Shown here: positions 44,152-52,321 of the stretch, in pieces
How positions within the stretch are numbered: the first letter of the stretch is position 1
Layout of the letters: each line of letters begins with the position of its first letter
DNA from: Solirubrobacterales bacterium
GTDB lineage: Bacteria > Actinomycetota > Thermoleophilia > Solirubrobacterales > 70-9
Direction: 5' to 3'
NCBI GenBank assembly: GCA_036269775.1
Contig: DATBDU010000035.1
Span: forward strand, 41,961-105,960
Length of the DNA: 64,000 nt
Translations under genes and position numbers: made by a program
The notes under the pieces: generated by a model
Database searches by the model: none
What the model was told of the DNA's origin: nothing
Seen by the model: only the letters and a program-made list of their open reading frames with translations

Positions 44152-44186
44152 ACACGTTTCCGTGTAATTGCGACACGGTTTCATGT
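44152..44186. promoter_or_regulatory. Two operator-like sites upstream of the acyl-CoA dehydrogenase gene
   Basis: ACACGTTTCCGTGT (44152-44165, a 5-4-5 palindrome) and the related ACACGGTTTCATGT (44173-44186), in an AT-rich 52-bp spacer. Confidence 0.45.
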
Positions 44187-44199
44187 AGAATCCGCCGTC

Positions 44200-45501
44200 A
44201 TGTCTGAGACGGCCGGAGTAGCGGAGATGGACCCGAACGAGGCGCTGGCGGAGATCGCCGGCGGCGATGGGGCCCCGGAGCAGAGCGGGCCGAGGTTCAC
44301 GCTCGAGCTCAACCAGGATCAGAAGGACATCCGCGAGTGGGTCCACGGCTTTGCGGAGGGCGTCGTCCGGCCCGCCGCCGAGGAGTGGGACGAGCGCGAG
44401 GAGACCCCCTGGCCGGTGATCCAGGAGGCCGCCAACATCGGCCTCTACAGCTTCGAAGCGCTGGGCCAGTTCTGGGCCGACGAGACCGGCCTGACGCTGC
44501 CGATCGCCAACGAGGAGCTGTTCTGGGGCGACGCCGGCATCGGCATGGCAATCATGGGTACCTCGCTCGCCGTCGCCGCGATCTTCGGGCAGGGCACCCC
44601 GGAGCAGATGGGAGAGTGGATCCCCCAGTGCTTCGGTACGCCGGACGACGTCAAGCTGGGCGCCTTTTGCGCCTCCGAGCCCGATGCCGGCTCCGACGTC
44701 TCGGCGATTCGCACCACCGCCAAGTACGACGAGGCCAAGGACGAGTGGGTAATCAACGGCCAGAAGGCCTGGGCGACCAACGGCGGCATCGCCAACATCC
44801 ATGTCGTCATCGCCTCGGTCGACCGCGAGCTCGGCTCGCGCGGTCACGCCGCCTTCGTGATCCCGCCCGGCACCAAGGGCTGCGAGCAGGGCGCCAAGGT
44901 CAAGAAGCACGGCCTGCGTGCCTCGCACACCGCCGACGTCCACCTCGACGATTGCCGCGTCCCCGGCGCCTGCCTGCTGGGCGGTAAAGAGAAGCTCGAC
45001 GAACGCCTGGCACGAGTTCGCGAAGGCAAGAAATCGAAGTCGCAAGCGGCGATGCAGACCTTCGAGGCAAGCCGTCCCACGGTCGGTGCCCAGGCGCTGG
45101 GAATCGCCCGCGCCGCCTACGAGTACGCGCTCGACTACGCCAAAGAGCGGCGTCAGTTCGGCAAGGCGATCGTCGAGAACCAGTCGATCGCCTTCGACCT
45201 GGCCAACATGAAGCTGGAGATCGACGCCGCCCGCCTGCTGGTCTGGCGCGCCGCCTGGATGGGCCGCACCGGCCAGACCTTCGAGAACGCCGAGGGCTCG
45301 ATGTCGAAGCTGAAGGCCGGGGAGGTCGCCGTCTGGGCGACCGAGCGGGCGATCCAGATCCTCGGCGGCAACGGTTACACCCGCGAGTACCCGGTCGAGC
45401 GGATGCACCGCGATTCGAAGATCTACACGATCTTCGAGGGCACCTCAGAGATCCAGCGCCTGGTCATCTCCCGGGCGATCTCCGGCGTCCACGTCAAATA
45501 G
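44200..45501 (+). CDS. Acyl-CoA dehydrogenase
   Basis: 433 aa. GAFCASEPDAGSD, WATNGG and the C-terminal QILGGNGYTREYPVERMHRDSKIYTIFEGTSEIQ. Confidence 0.9.
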   Translation: MSETAGVAEMDPNEALAEIAGGDGAPEQSGPRFTLELNQDQKDIREWVHGFAEGVVRPAAEEWDEREETPWPVIQEAANIGLYSFEALGQFWADETGLTLPIANEELFWGDAGIGMAIMGTSLAVAAIFGQGTPEQMGEWIPQCFGTPDDVKLGAFCASEPDAGSDVSAIRTTAKYDEAKDEWVINGQKAWATNGGIANIHVVIASVDRELGSRGHAAFVIPPGTKGCEQGAKVKKHGLRASHTADVHLDDCRVPGACLLGGKEKLDERLARVREGKKSKSQAAMQTFEASRPTVGAQALGIARAAYEYALDYAKERRQFGKAIVENQSIAFDLANMKLEIDAARLLVWRAAWMGRTGQTFENAEGSMSKLKAGEVAVWATERAIQILGGNGYTREYPVERMHRDSKIYTIFEGTSEIQRLVISRAISGVHVK

Positions 45502-45566
45502 AGAACTTACGGCGGGAGAGCAAGGGCCGGCTAGTCCGGTCCTTGTCGCCTGCTCTGATCTGGGGT

Positions 45567-45611
45567 TGCGGCAGTCCTTTGTACCCCTATGCGTCACAAA
45601 GGACTGCCGCA
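45567..45611. terminator. 16-bp perfect stem-loop between convergent genes (probable bidirectional terminator)
   Basis: TGCGGCAGTCCTTTGT acccctatgcgtc ACAAAGGACTGCCGCA, lying between the acyl-CoA dehydrogenase stop (45501) and the nfo stop (45617). Confidence 0.6.
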
Positions 45612-45616
45612 AGCGC

Positions 45617-46480
45617 TCAGCTGCTGCGGCGTTTTAGGCCCTCGCGGCGGAGTTTCTTGGCCAGGGTGACTTCTTTTTTGTCGGGGCCTTTCTTCTCCGG
45701 GCCTGGCGTCTCCAGGGTTGCCGGGAGGCCGTCGAAGCGGGGGTCGGAGAGGAAGGCGGAGAGGCCTCGTTTGCCCATCTCGCCTTTGCCGATGTTGGCG
45801 TGGCGGTCGCGGCAGGAGCCGAGCGGGGCGGCGGCGTCGTTGACGTGGACGCACTGCAGCCGCTCTAGGCCGACCTTAGCGTCGGCTTCGTCGAGGACCT
45901 TGCCGAGGTGGGCCTCGTCGGTGATGTCGTAGCCCTGCACGAAGAGGTGGCAGGAGTCGAGACAGAGGCCGAGGCGCTTGCCGGCGCCGGCACCCTCGAT
46001 CAGCTCGGCGGTCTGGTCGAAGTCGAGACCCAGCAGCCCTTTGTGGCCGGCGGTCTGCTCGAGCAGAAGCGGGCAGCTGTCGCTGTCCTTCAGCGCCGCG
46101 GCGATCGTCTTCGAGGCGCGTTTCATCGATGGTCCCAGCGGCTCGCCTTTCTGTGCTCCTGGGTGGAGGACGACGCCGGCGGCGCCGATCGCGTCGCCGA
46201 TACGCAGCGCGTGGGTCAGCGAGGCAAGCGACTTTTTGCGCAGCTCTTTGTCTTTACTGGCGCAGTTGATCAGGTAGACGGCGTGGATCACCACCGCTTC
46301 GACCCCGGAGGCGCCCATCGCCTCGCGAAAAGCGGCGAAGTCCTCCTCGCCGTATTTCGTCGGCCGCCACATGCGCGGGCTCTGGTGGAAGATCTGGATA
46401 GATTCGCAACCGCGCTGCTCGCCGCGCTCGATCGCGTTGGCGAGCCCGCCTGCAGTGGAAACATGCGCCCCGATCAACAT
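45617..46480 (-). CDS. nfo: Deoxyribonuclease IV (endonuclease IV)
   Basis: MLIGAHVSTAGGL...IQIFHQSPRMW...HAVYLINCAS...LDSCHLF...HVND. It has a Lys/Gly-rich C-terminal tail. Start at 46480. Confidence 0.88.
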   Translation of the reverse strand: MLIGAHVSTAGGLANAIERGEQRGCESIQIFHQSPRMWRPTKYGEEDFAAFREAMGASGVEAVVIHAVYLINCASKDKELRKKSLASLTHALRIGDAIGAAGVVLHPGAQKGEPLGPSMKRASKTIAAALKDSDSCPLLLEQTAGHKGLLGLDFDQTAELIEGAGAGKRLGLCLDSCHLFVQGYDITDEAHLGKVLDEADAKVGLERLQCVHVNDAAAPLGSCRDRHANIGKGEMGKRGLSAFLSDPRFDGLPATLETPGPEKKGPDKKEVTLAKKLRREGLKRRSS

Positions 46481-47858
46481 GACCAGCGATAACCCCCGTT
46501 TGAGATTTGCCCCTTCGCCAACCGGTGCGCTGCACATCGGCGGAGCGAGGACGGCACTCTACAACTGGCTCGCGGCGCGCCACGAGGGCGGCGAGCTGGT
46601 GCTGCGGATCGAGGACACCGACCGCGAGCGCTCGACCCCCGAGAACGTCGAGCAGATCCTCGACGCGATGCGCTGGCTGGAGCTGGACTGGGACGAGGGG
46701 CCGATCTCGCAGGCAGAGCGAGCCGCGAGCCACGCAGCGGCGCTGAGGCGGCTGCTGGAGTCCGGCGCCGCCTACCGCGACTCCGCGACGGGCAAGGATG
46801 TCGAGGCGTGGAAGGCCGAGCACGGCGCCGGCCGCGGCTACCGCGGCGCCCCCACCGAGGTGGCCGGGGCGGCGATCCGCCTGCGGGTGCCGGAAGCGGG
46901 GGACACCGTGGTCGAGGACCTGATCCGCGGCCCCGTCGCCTTCCCCAACGCCAGCTACGACGACTTCGTGATCGCCCGCGGCGACGGCTCGGTCCTCTAC
47001 AACTTCGCGGTCGCCGTCGACGACGCCGAGATGGGGATCAGCGACGTCGTCCGCGGCGACGACCACCTCTCCAACACGCCGAAGCAGCTGCTCGTCCTCG
47101 CCGCCCTCGGCCACGAGCCGCCCCGCTACGCCCACCTGCCGCTGCTGCACGGCCCCGACGGCAAGAAGCTCTCCAAGCGCCACGGCGCCGCCTCGGTGCA
47201 GGAGCTCCGCGAGGCTGGCTACCTGCCCGCGGCCGTGCGCAACTATCTGGCCCTGCTCGGCTGGGGGACCGGCGACGACACGACGCTGATGTCGACCGAG
47301 GAGCTGGTCCGCCGCTTCCGGGTCAGCGACGTCGGCAAATCGGCGGCGATCTTCGACGAGAAGAAGCTGCGCTGGCTGAACGGCCGCTTCATGCGCGAGA
47401 TGCCGCTCGACGAGTACACGGCGGCCATCGCCCGCCACCTCAGGCGCCAGCCCGACGAGCGCTTACGCGCCGCCGCCGCGATCGTCCAGGAGAAAGCGCA
47501 GACCCTGGCCGAGGTCTGGCCGCTCGTCCGCTTCCTCTTCGAGCCGCCGGTCGAGGATCCGAAGGCCTGGGCGAAGGTGATGAAGGAGGACTCCGGCGTC
47601 CTGCTGGGGGCTGCCGCGGAGGTTCTGCGCGAGGTTGAGCCCTTTGAAGCCAAGTCGATCGAGGCGGCCCTGGCACCGCTGCTGGACCGCTTCGACGTCA
47701 AGCCCGGCAAGCTCTACCAGCCGATCCGCGTCGCGATCACCGGCAGCTCTGTCTCTCCGGGCATTTTCGAGTCACTGGCGGCGCTGGGGCGCGAACTGAG
47801 CCTGAGCCGGTTGCAAACCGCCGTGGAGCGGCTCTCGGTCGCGAAAGTGGACGAATAA
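46479..47858 (+). CDS. gltX: Glutamate--tRNA ligase
   Basis: RLRFAPSPTGALHIGGARTALYNW (HIGH motif) and KLSKRHG (KMSKS motif). ATG at 46479; an alternative TTG at 46500. Confidence 0.9.
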   Translation: MTSDNPRLRFAPSPTGALHIGGARTALYNWLAARHEGGELVLRIEDTDRERSTPENVEQILDAMRWLELDWDEGPISQAERAASHAAALRRLLESGAAYRDSATGKDVEAWKAEHGAGRGYRGAPTEVAGAAIRLRVPEAGDTVVEDLIRGPVAFPNASYDDFVIARGDGSVLYNFAVAVDDAEMGISDVVRGDDHLSNTPKQLLVLAALGHEPPRYAHLPLLHGPDGKKLSKRHGAASVQELREAGYLPAAVRNYLALLGWGTGDDTTLMSTEELVRRFRVSDVGKSAAIFDEKKLRWLNGRFMREMPLDEYTAAIARHLRRQPDERLRAAAAIVQEKAQTLAEVWPLVRFLFEPPVEDPKAWAKVMKEDSGVLLGAAAEVLREVEPFEAKSIEAALAPLLDRFDVKPGKLYQPIRVAITGSSVSPGIFESLAALGRELSLSRLQTAVERLSVAKVDE

Positions 47859-47912
47859 CTGAGTGCAAGCGAGGCTTGCGTAGGTACTTTCGGCTAAACC
47901 AAACGTCTTCAC

Positions 47913-49043
47913 TTGCCGATGTGGAGGCCAATGGCCGTCACGACCACTCAGACCAACGGCAAGGTCTCCGGGCCCCAGCTCCCAGCCAGGGCAAATGGCG
48001 GCAACGGATCCAATGGTGCCGCGCGCAACGCCGCCGCTCCCGGCAGTCGCCTCGCCGAAGCCTTTGAGGCGGTGGAGCGCTTTCCGGTCCTGATCGAGTC
48101 CCGCGAGCGGGTGATTGCCGCGGCGACCGCCGAGACCACGCGGATCGGTGACCTGGTCGAAGCAGTCGAGTCCGACGTTGCCCTCTCAATCTCGGTGCTT
48201 CGCTTCGCCAATCGCAGCGGCGTCAGCTCTGGTGGCGTCGGCGGCATCCCCGAGGCCGTCGAGGTGCTCAAACCCTCCGGCGTGCTGGCGATCGCCGGCA
48301 CCGCGCCCAGCTTCGACTTCTTCGAGTCCAACGGCGGCTGGGAGCTGAAGCCCGAGCGCTTCCGCGTCCACGCGCTGGCGGCCCAGCGCGCCGCCGACCA
48401 AATCGGCCGCGTGGTCGGTTGGGTTGAACGCGACGAGCTCGCCGTGGCGGCGCTGCTGCATGACGTCGGCCGTCTCGTCATCTCCCGCCTGCACCCCGGC
48501 TACAAGGTCTACTTCGACGCTGGTTCCCGCACTCCCGAGCAGCGCCTGCGCGACGAACGCGAGCAGCTTGGCATCGATCACACGCTGGTCGGTGGCGTGC
48601 TCGCCCGGCGTTGGAACCTGCCACAGCGGATCGCGATCGCGATCGAGCGCCACCACGCCGAAGACTCCGACGGCCTGGCGGCGATGGTCGCCACCGCCGA
48701 CATGGTCGCCCACTACTCACAGGGCGAGGCGATCTCCCCTGAAAGGCTGCGAGCCAGCGCCGAGCGCTGCGGGCTCGGCCCCGACGGCCTGCGCGACCTC
48801 CTCTACGAAATGCCACTGGCGCGCCAGGACTCCCGCCGGGTCAGCGAGCCATGCCCGCTCTCGGCCCGCGAGCTCGACGTCCTCCGCCATCTCTCCGAGG
48901 GAATGGTCTACAAGCAGATCGCCGGCGAAATGCAGCTTTCGGTCTCGACCATCCGCACCCACCTGCACAACGTCTACGGCAAGATCGGCGCCGTCGACCG
49001 GGCCCAGGCTGTGCTCACCGCCCGCGACTGCGGCTGGATCTAG
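47913..49043 (+). CDS. HDOD domain protein fused to a LuxR/GerE-type HTH
   Basis: HDOD signatures (VESDVALSISVLRFANRS, LLHDVGRLV, GIDHTLVGGVLARRWNLP, IERHH) followed by LSARELDVLRHLSEGMVYKQIAGEMQLSVSTIRTHLHNVYGKIG. Start at TTG 47913, ATG 47919 or ATG 47931. Confidence 0.75.
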   Translation: MPMWRPMAVTTTQTNGKVSGPQLPARANGGNGSNGAARNAAAPGSRLAEAFEAVERFPVLIESRERVIAAATAETTRIGDLVEAVESDVALSISVLRFANRSGVSSGGVGGIPEAVEVLKPSGVLAIAGTAPSFDFFESNGGWELKPERFRVHALAAQRAADQIGRVVGWVERDELAVAALLHDVGRLVISRLHPGYKVYFDAGSRTPEQRLRDEREQLGIDHTLVGGVLARRWNLPQRIAIAIERHHAEDSDGLAAMVATADMVAHYSQGEAISPERLRASAERCGLGPDGLRDLLYEMPLARQDSRRVSEPCPLSARELDVLRHLSEGMVYKQIAGEMQLSVSTIRTHLHNVYGKIGAVDRAQAVLTARDCGWI

Positions 49044-49078
49044 CCTGCTCGCGCCGGGCGCCGCGTCCCGGCGGCGCG

Positions 49079-49675
49079 CTAGTCGATCAGGGACTCGCGT
49101 AGGGCGATTGACACGGCGTGGGTGCGATTGCGGGCGCCGAGGCGCGCCAGCGCGGTCTTGATGTGGGTCTTCACGGTCTCTTCGCTGAGGTCTAGTTCGC
49201 GCGCCGCCACGGTCGTCGATTCGCCGTTGGCGAGCAGCTGCAGGATCTCGCGCTGGCGGTGGGTCAACTTGCCGCGGCTGCCTTTGGGCGGCACCGCCGG
49301 GTCGACGAAGCTCTCCTGCGCGGCGGCGGCGTCGACGGCCCGGCGCAGCTCGGCGGTGCCGGCGGTACGCGACACGTAGGCGCTGGCGCCGGCCTGGATG
49401 GCGACGTTGGCGATGTGCCGCTCGGGTCGCTCGCCGTGGGCGACGATGCCGATTCCCGGCGAGGAGCGCCGCAGCATCTGAATTGCCTCCTGGCCGCTGA
49501 TCGAGGCGACGGCGCCGTTCTGGCGCCAGCGCATGTCGACGATCGTGACGTCGAAGTCGCCGATGTCGCGGACGAGGTCGAGCGCCTCCTCACGACTGCT
49601 GGTCTCGTGCACCTCGAAGCTGTCTTCGAGCACGCCCCGGACTCCGAGCCGGACCAGTGGGTGATCGTCGATCAC
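49079..49675 (-). CDS. NarL/FixJ-type response regulator (short N-terminus)
   Basis: Receiver domain (IDDHPLVR, phospho-acceptor region DVTIVDM) plus LuxR HTH (LTHRQREILQLLANGESTTVAARELDLSEETVKTHI). With the GTG start, only one residue precedes the DD pair. Confidence 0.75.
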   Translation of the reverse strand: MIDDHPLVRLGVRGVLEDSFEVHETSSREEALDLVRDIGDFDVTIVDMRWRQNGAVASISGQEAIQMLRRSSPGIGIVAHGERPERHIANVAIQAGASAYVSRTAGTAELRRAVDAAAAQESFVDPAVPPKGSRGKLTHRQREILQLLANGESTTVAARELDLSEETVKTHIKTALARLGARNRTHAVSIALRESLID

Positions 49676-49802
49676 AAGGCAATTAGGCCGCTCGCTCAGG
49701 ACTGCTTCCGATCACTCGTTTGCGGGTTGGGCTCGTTTGCCGGCAACGACCCCGTCGATTCCGATCCTAGCCCAGCCAGGAATGGTGCGGTAGAAAGGGT
49801 CC

Positions 49803-50201
49803 TTGATCTCGATCACCTCCAAGTCGCGCTATGCGGTCGTTGCTCTCGCCGAGCTGGCCCGCTCCGGCGATCGCCCGGTGCCGATCAAGGAGCTCGCCGA
49901 GCGTCGTGAGATCCCCGAGCAGTTCCTCGAGCAGCTGTTCTCGACCCTGCGCCGAGCCGGCCTACTGACCAGCCACCGCGGCATGCGTGGCGGCTACACG
50001 CTCTCCAAACCGGCTGAAGAGATCACCGTGCTCGAGGTCGTCCAGGCGCTCGACGGCAAGATCGGCCAGGAGGCCGATGAGGCCGGCGGCATCTGGTCCG
50101 AGGGGGTGACGGCGCTGCGCAAGGTCTTCGGACAGACGACGATCGCCGAAGTGGCGCGGCGCGAGGCCGAAGAGTCGGGCAGCGGTATGTACTTCATCTA
50201 G
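49803..50201 (+). CDS. Rrf2-family transcriptional regulator (CymR/IscR-like)
   Basis: SKSRYAVVALAELARSGDRPVPIKELAERREIPEQFLEQLFSTLRRAGLLTSHRGMRGGYTL. TTG start. The last 5 codons plus the stop lie in the 18-bp repeat. Confidence 0.85.
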   Translation: MISITSKSRYAVVALAELARSGDRPVPIKELAERREIPEQFLEQLFSTLRRAGLLTSHRGMRGGYTLSKPAEEITVLEVVQALDGKIGQEADEAGGIWSEGVTALRKVFGQTTIAEVARREAEESGSGMYFI

Positions 50202-50249
50202 ATCGGGTCGCATGGGCACTGACATTCCGCTTGTTTAAGCGGATTTCAG

Positions 50250-50299
50250 TCCGGCTGAGTCCGGTTGTTTCCCGTCGTACTGGCGCACAACTGGCGCAT
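50250..50299 (+). repeat. Left-arm motifs of the mini-element
   Basis: TCCGGCTGAGTCCGGTTGTT (50250-50269) is identical to 7589-7608. Tandem ACTGGCGCAC (50279-50288) and ACTGGCGCAT (50290-50299) show 11-bp phasing, as in element 1. Confidence 0.75.
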
Positions 50300-50361
50300 G
50301 AGGCACCGCCGAAACGTTTCCGCCCACCGAGGACTACCGTCGCTCGGCCGATGAAGGCACG

Positions 50362-50544
50362 CTGAATCAGAAGAAGGCGATCAAGCTGTTGAAGGAAAAC
50401 GGCTGGACGCAGGCTCGCGGTGGCAAGCATCAGGTCAAGATGACCAAGCCCGGCTGTCGCCCAATCACGCTTCCGCAGCACAAGGGGCGCGACTACCCAA
50501 CCGGCCTGGCCCAGGCGATTCTCAAACAGGCAGAGCTAGGATGA
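50362..50544 (+). CDS. hicA: HicA-family toxin (no canonical start codon; possibly frameshifted)
   Basis: The translation LNQKKAIKLLKENGWTQARGGKHQVKMTKPGCRPITLPQHKGRDYPTGLAQAILKQAELG fits HicA (..LL.KNGW....GSH.......P.H...D...G....ILKQAGL). The only in-frame candidates are CTG 50362, ATC 50380 and TTG 50389. Confidence 0.55.
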   Translation: MNQKKAIKLLKENGWTQARGGKHQVKMTKPGCRPITLPQHKGRDYPTGLAQAILKQAELG

Positions 50545-50557
50545 AGGAACTTCACCT

Positions 50558-50773
50558 ATGGAGCTAACCGCGCGTATCCATATTGAGGACGACAGTTACT
50601 GGGCGGACGTTCCAGAGTTGCCCGGCTGCTTTGCCTCCGGCGACACCCTTGACGAGCTTTTTGAATCGCTGCAAGAGGGAGTCGCCCTCTATCTCGCCGA
50701 TGAGGGCGGGGAGAGCGGCCCGCTGCACGTTGCCACGGCGACGCTGACGGATCGACCGCTGACGCCCGCCTAA
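50558..50773 (+). CDS. hicB: HicB-family antitoxin (N-terminal domain type)
   Basis: MELTARIHIEDDSYWADVPELPGCFASGDTLDELFESLQEGVALYL is the typical HicB_lk_antitox fold sequence. Confidence 0.8.
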   Translation: MELTARIHIEDDSYWADVPELPGCFASGDTLDELFESLQEGVALYLADEGGESGPLHVATATLTDRPLTPA

Positions 50774-50829
50774 GCCGAAGTTCAAGAGAGCGGGACGAAG
50801 AAGCCGCCCGCGCGACTGGCTCGGTGCTT

Positions 50830-50862
50830 ACTGGCGCACCAACTGGCGCATAACTGGCGCAC
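50830..50862 (+). repeat. Right-arm triple ACTGGCGCA repeats of the mini-element
   Basis: ACTGGCGCAC at 50830-50839, ACTGGCGCA at 50842-50850 and ACTGGCGCAC at 50853-50862, ending 49 bp before the right copy of the 18-bp repeat. Confidence 0.75.
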
Positions 50863-50980
50863 GGAACGGCAAATCGCTTGCTCATGCGGGATTGCGCGCC
50901 CCGACTCGGCATGTACTTCATCTAGATCTAGCCTCAAATCTGTGCTTCCGATCCTCCCGCTTCATGTCACCTATCCGGTG

Positions 50981-51382
50981 CTACTCAGCCCACCAGTCGC
51001 GCTGGCCATCGACGTCTTCGCGCGGAGCCTCGCCGAGATTGGGCGCGCCGATGACGAGAATCTCAAGGCCCTCCGGCCCGGCCTCGTAGCCTCGCCACGT
51101 ACCGGGCGGGACGCGCACCGCGTCCCATTCCTTGAGCTCGACGATCTCGTCGTCGAGCTTCATCCGGCCGCTGCCGCGCAGGACCACGTACACCTCCTCT
51201 TGCTTCTCGTGCGTGTGGCCGTACGGAAAGCGATAGCCGGGCGGAACGCGCTGGTAGCTCAGGCCGGATTTCTCGAGCTCGAGTGCCTCGGTCGCCAAGC
51301 GGAACTCCAGGTCCGGCGAGCCATCGAAGTTGGACCCGACATCCTCCAAGTCCTCCTTGAGGTTCCTGAGAGTGAACGGCAC
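50981..51382 (-). CDS. Cupin-domain protein
   Basis: 133 aa. GHTHEKQEEVYVVLRGSG...VRVPPG is the cupin two-motif pattern. Confidence 0.75.
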   Translation of the reverse strand: MPFTLRNLKEDLEDVGSNFDGSPDLEFRLATEALELEKSGLSYQRVPPGYRFPYGHTHEKQEEVYVVLRGSGRMKLDDEIVELKEWDAVRVPPGTWRGYEAGPEGLEILVIGAPNLGEAPREDVDGQRDWWAE

Positions 51383-51408
51383 GGCGCAATTCTATGGCGC
51401 AGTGCTGG

Positions 51409-52254
51409 CTATTGGCCCATAGCCCTTTGCTGAGTCTGGACTGAGAACTGGTCCCCCGGTCTAAGCACCCGCGCCTCGATACCCAGTTCGGCGGCAGCGG
51501 CACTGAAGCTGCCGGGAGGATCATCGGATTGAACGTAGTTGGATGCCTCATGGAGCCGTCCATAGTGGATCGGGACGGCGGTTCGTGCGCCGAGCAGCTT
51601 GGCAGCTACCGCCGCCTGCTTAGGGTTCATCCCGGCAGGTAGGGGACTGGAGGGTTGGCGTTGAGGAAGATCGACCACCGCACCGCCGACCGGTAGAAAA
51701 GCCACGTCGAAGGGGCCGTGGCGAAGAGCTGACAGCCACCACCACCCGTGAAAGAGCGTGTCGCCCGCATGAAGGATGCGACACCCGTCCGCCGCGATGC
51801 ACCACGAGACCTGTGGGTCGCCAAACCCATCTGCGGCGGGGAGGGCCGTGAAGCTGAATGGGCCGATCTCGACGGTCTCCCATGGCTTGACAACGCGGGT
51901 AGCGAGTCCGCTCATTTCAAGCGCCGATTCGGCTTTCTCGATCAAGGCAACCTCGGCTTTGCTGCCGTAGCCCTTTTCCGGCCTCAAGACAACAGCTGTA
52001 GGGGCAAGTACGCGGCCAAGGGCATCAATATCCGCGTGGTCACTGTGCAGGTGGGTGAGCAGTCCCGCAACTGCGGTCACTGGTTTGGGGGAGGATGGTG
52101 TCTCCTCGGCTGGAGGATTGTCGCCGTGGAGGCCTGAGAAATCCTCGACCAAGTCGATCACCGCGGTCTGTCCAGCGGCGTTGATTTCAAGCCCCGCCCA
52201 AGCCAAGCGTCGGACCTCCATTGCTCGGTGAATATCACAGGGCGTCTTGCGCAT
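51409..52254 (-). CDS. MBL-fold metallo-hydrolase
   Basis: LLTHLHSDHAD (HxHxDH) and a later HAGDT. The start could be the internal MEVRRL. Confidence 0.75.
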   Translation of the reverse strand: MRKTPCDIHRAMEVRRLAWAGLEINAAGQTAVIDLVEDFSGLHGDNPPAEETPSSPKPVTAVAGLLTHLHSDHADIDALGRVLAPTAVVLRPEKGYGSKAEVALIEKAESALEMSGLATRVVKPWETVEIGPFSFTALPAADGFGDPQVSWCIAADGCRILHAGDTLFHGWWWLSALRHGPFDVAFLPVGGAVVDLPQRQPSSPLPAGMNPKQAAVAAKLLGARTAVPIHYGRLHEASNYVQSDDPPGSFSAAAAELGIEARVLRPGDQFSVQTQQRAMGQ

Positions 52255-52321
52255 CGGCGCCCCCGGCGCACTACGCTGCCCGAGTGCGTGACCGCCTTTC
52301 TCTGAGGACGTACTTCACCTG

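Larger units (their letters stand above)
50187..50928 (+). mobile_element. Miniature integrase-less integrative element (about 0.7 kb) carrying hicAB
   Basis: The 18-bp direct repeat ATGTACTTCATCTAGATC occurs at 50187-50204 (3' end of the Rrf2 gene) and at 50911-50928. The arm motifs inside are related to the tRNA-Cys element. Confidence 0.65.
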
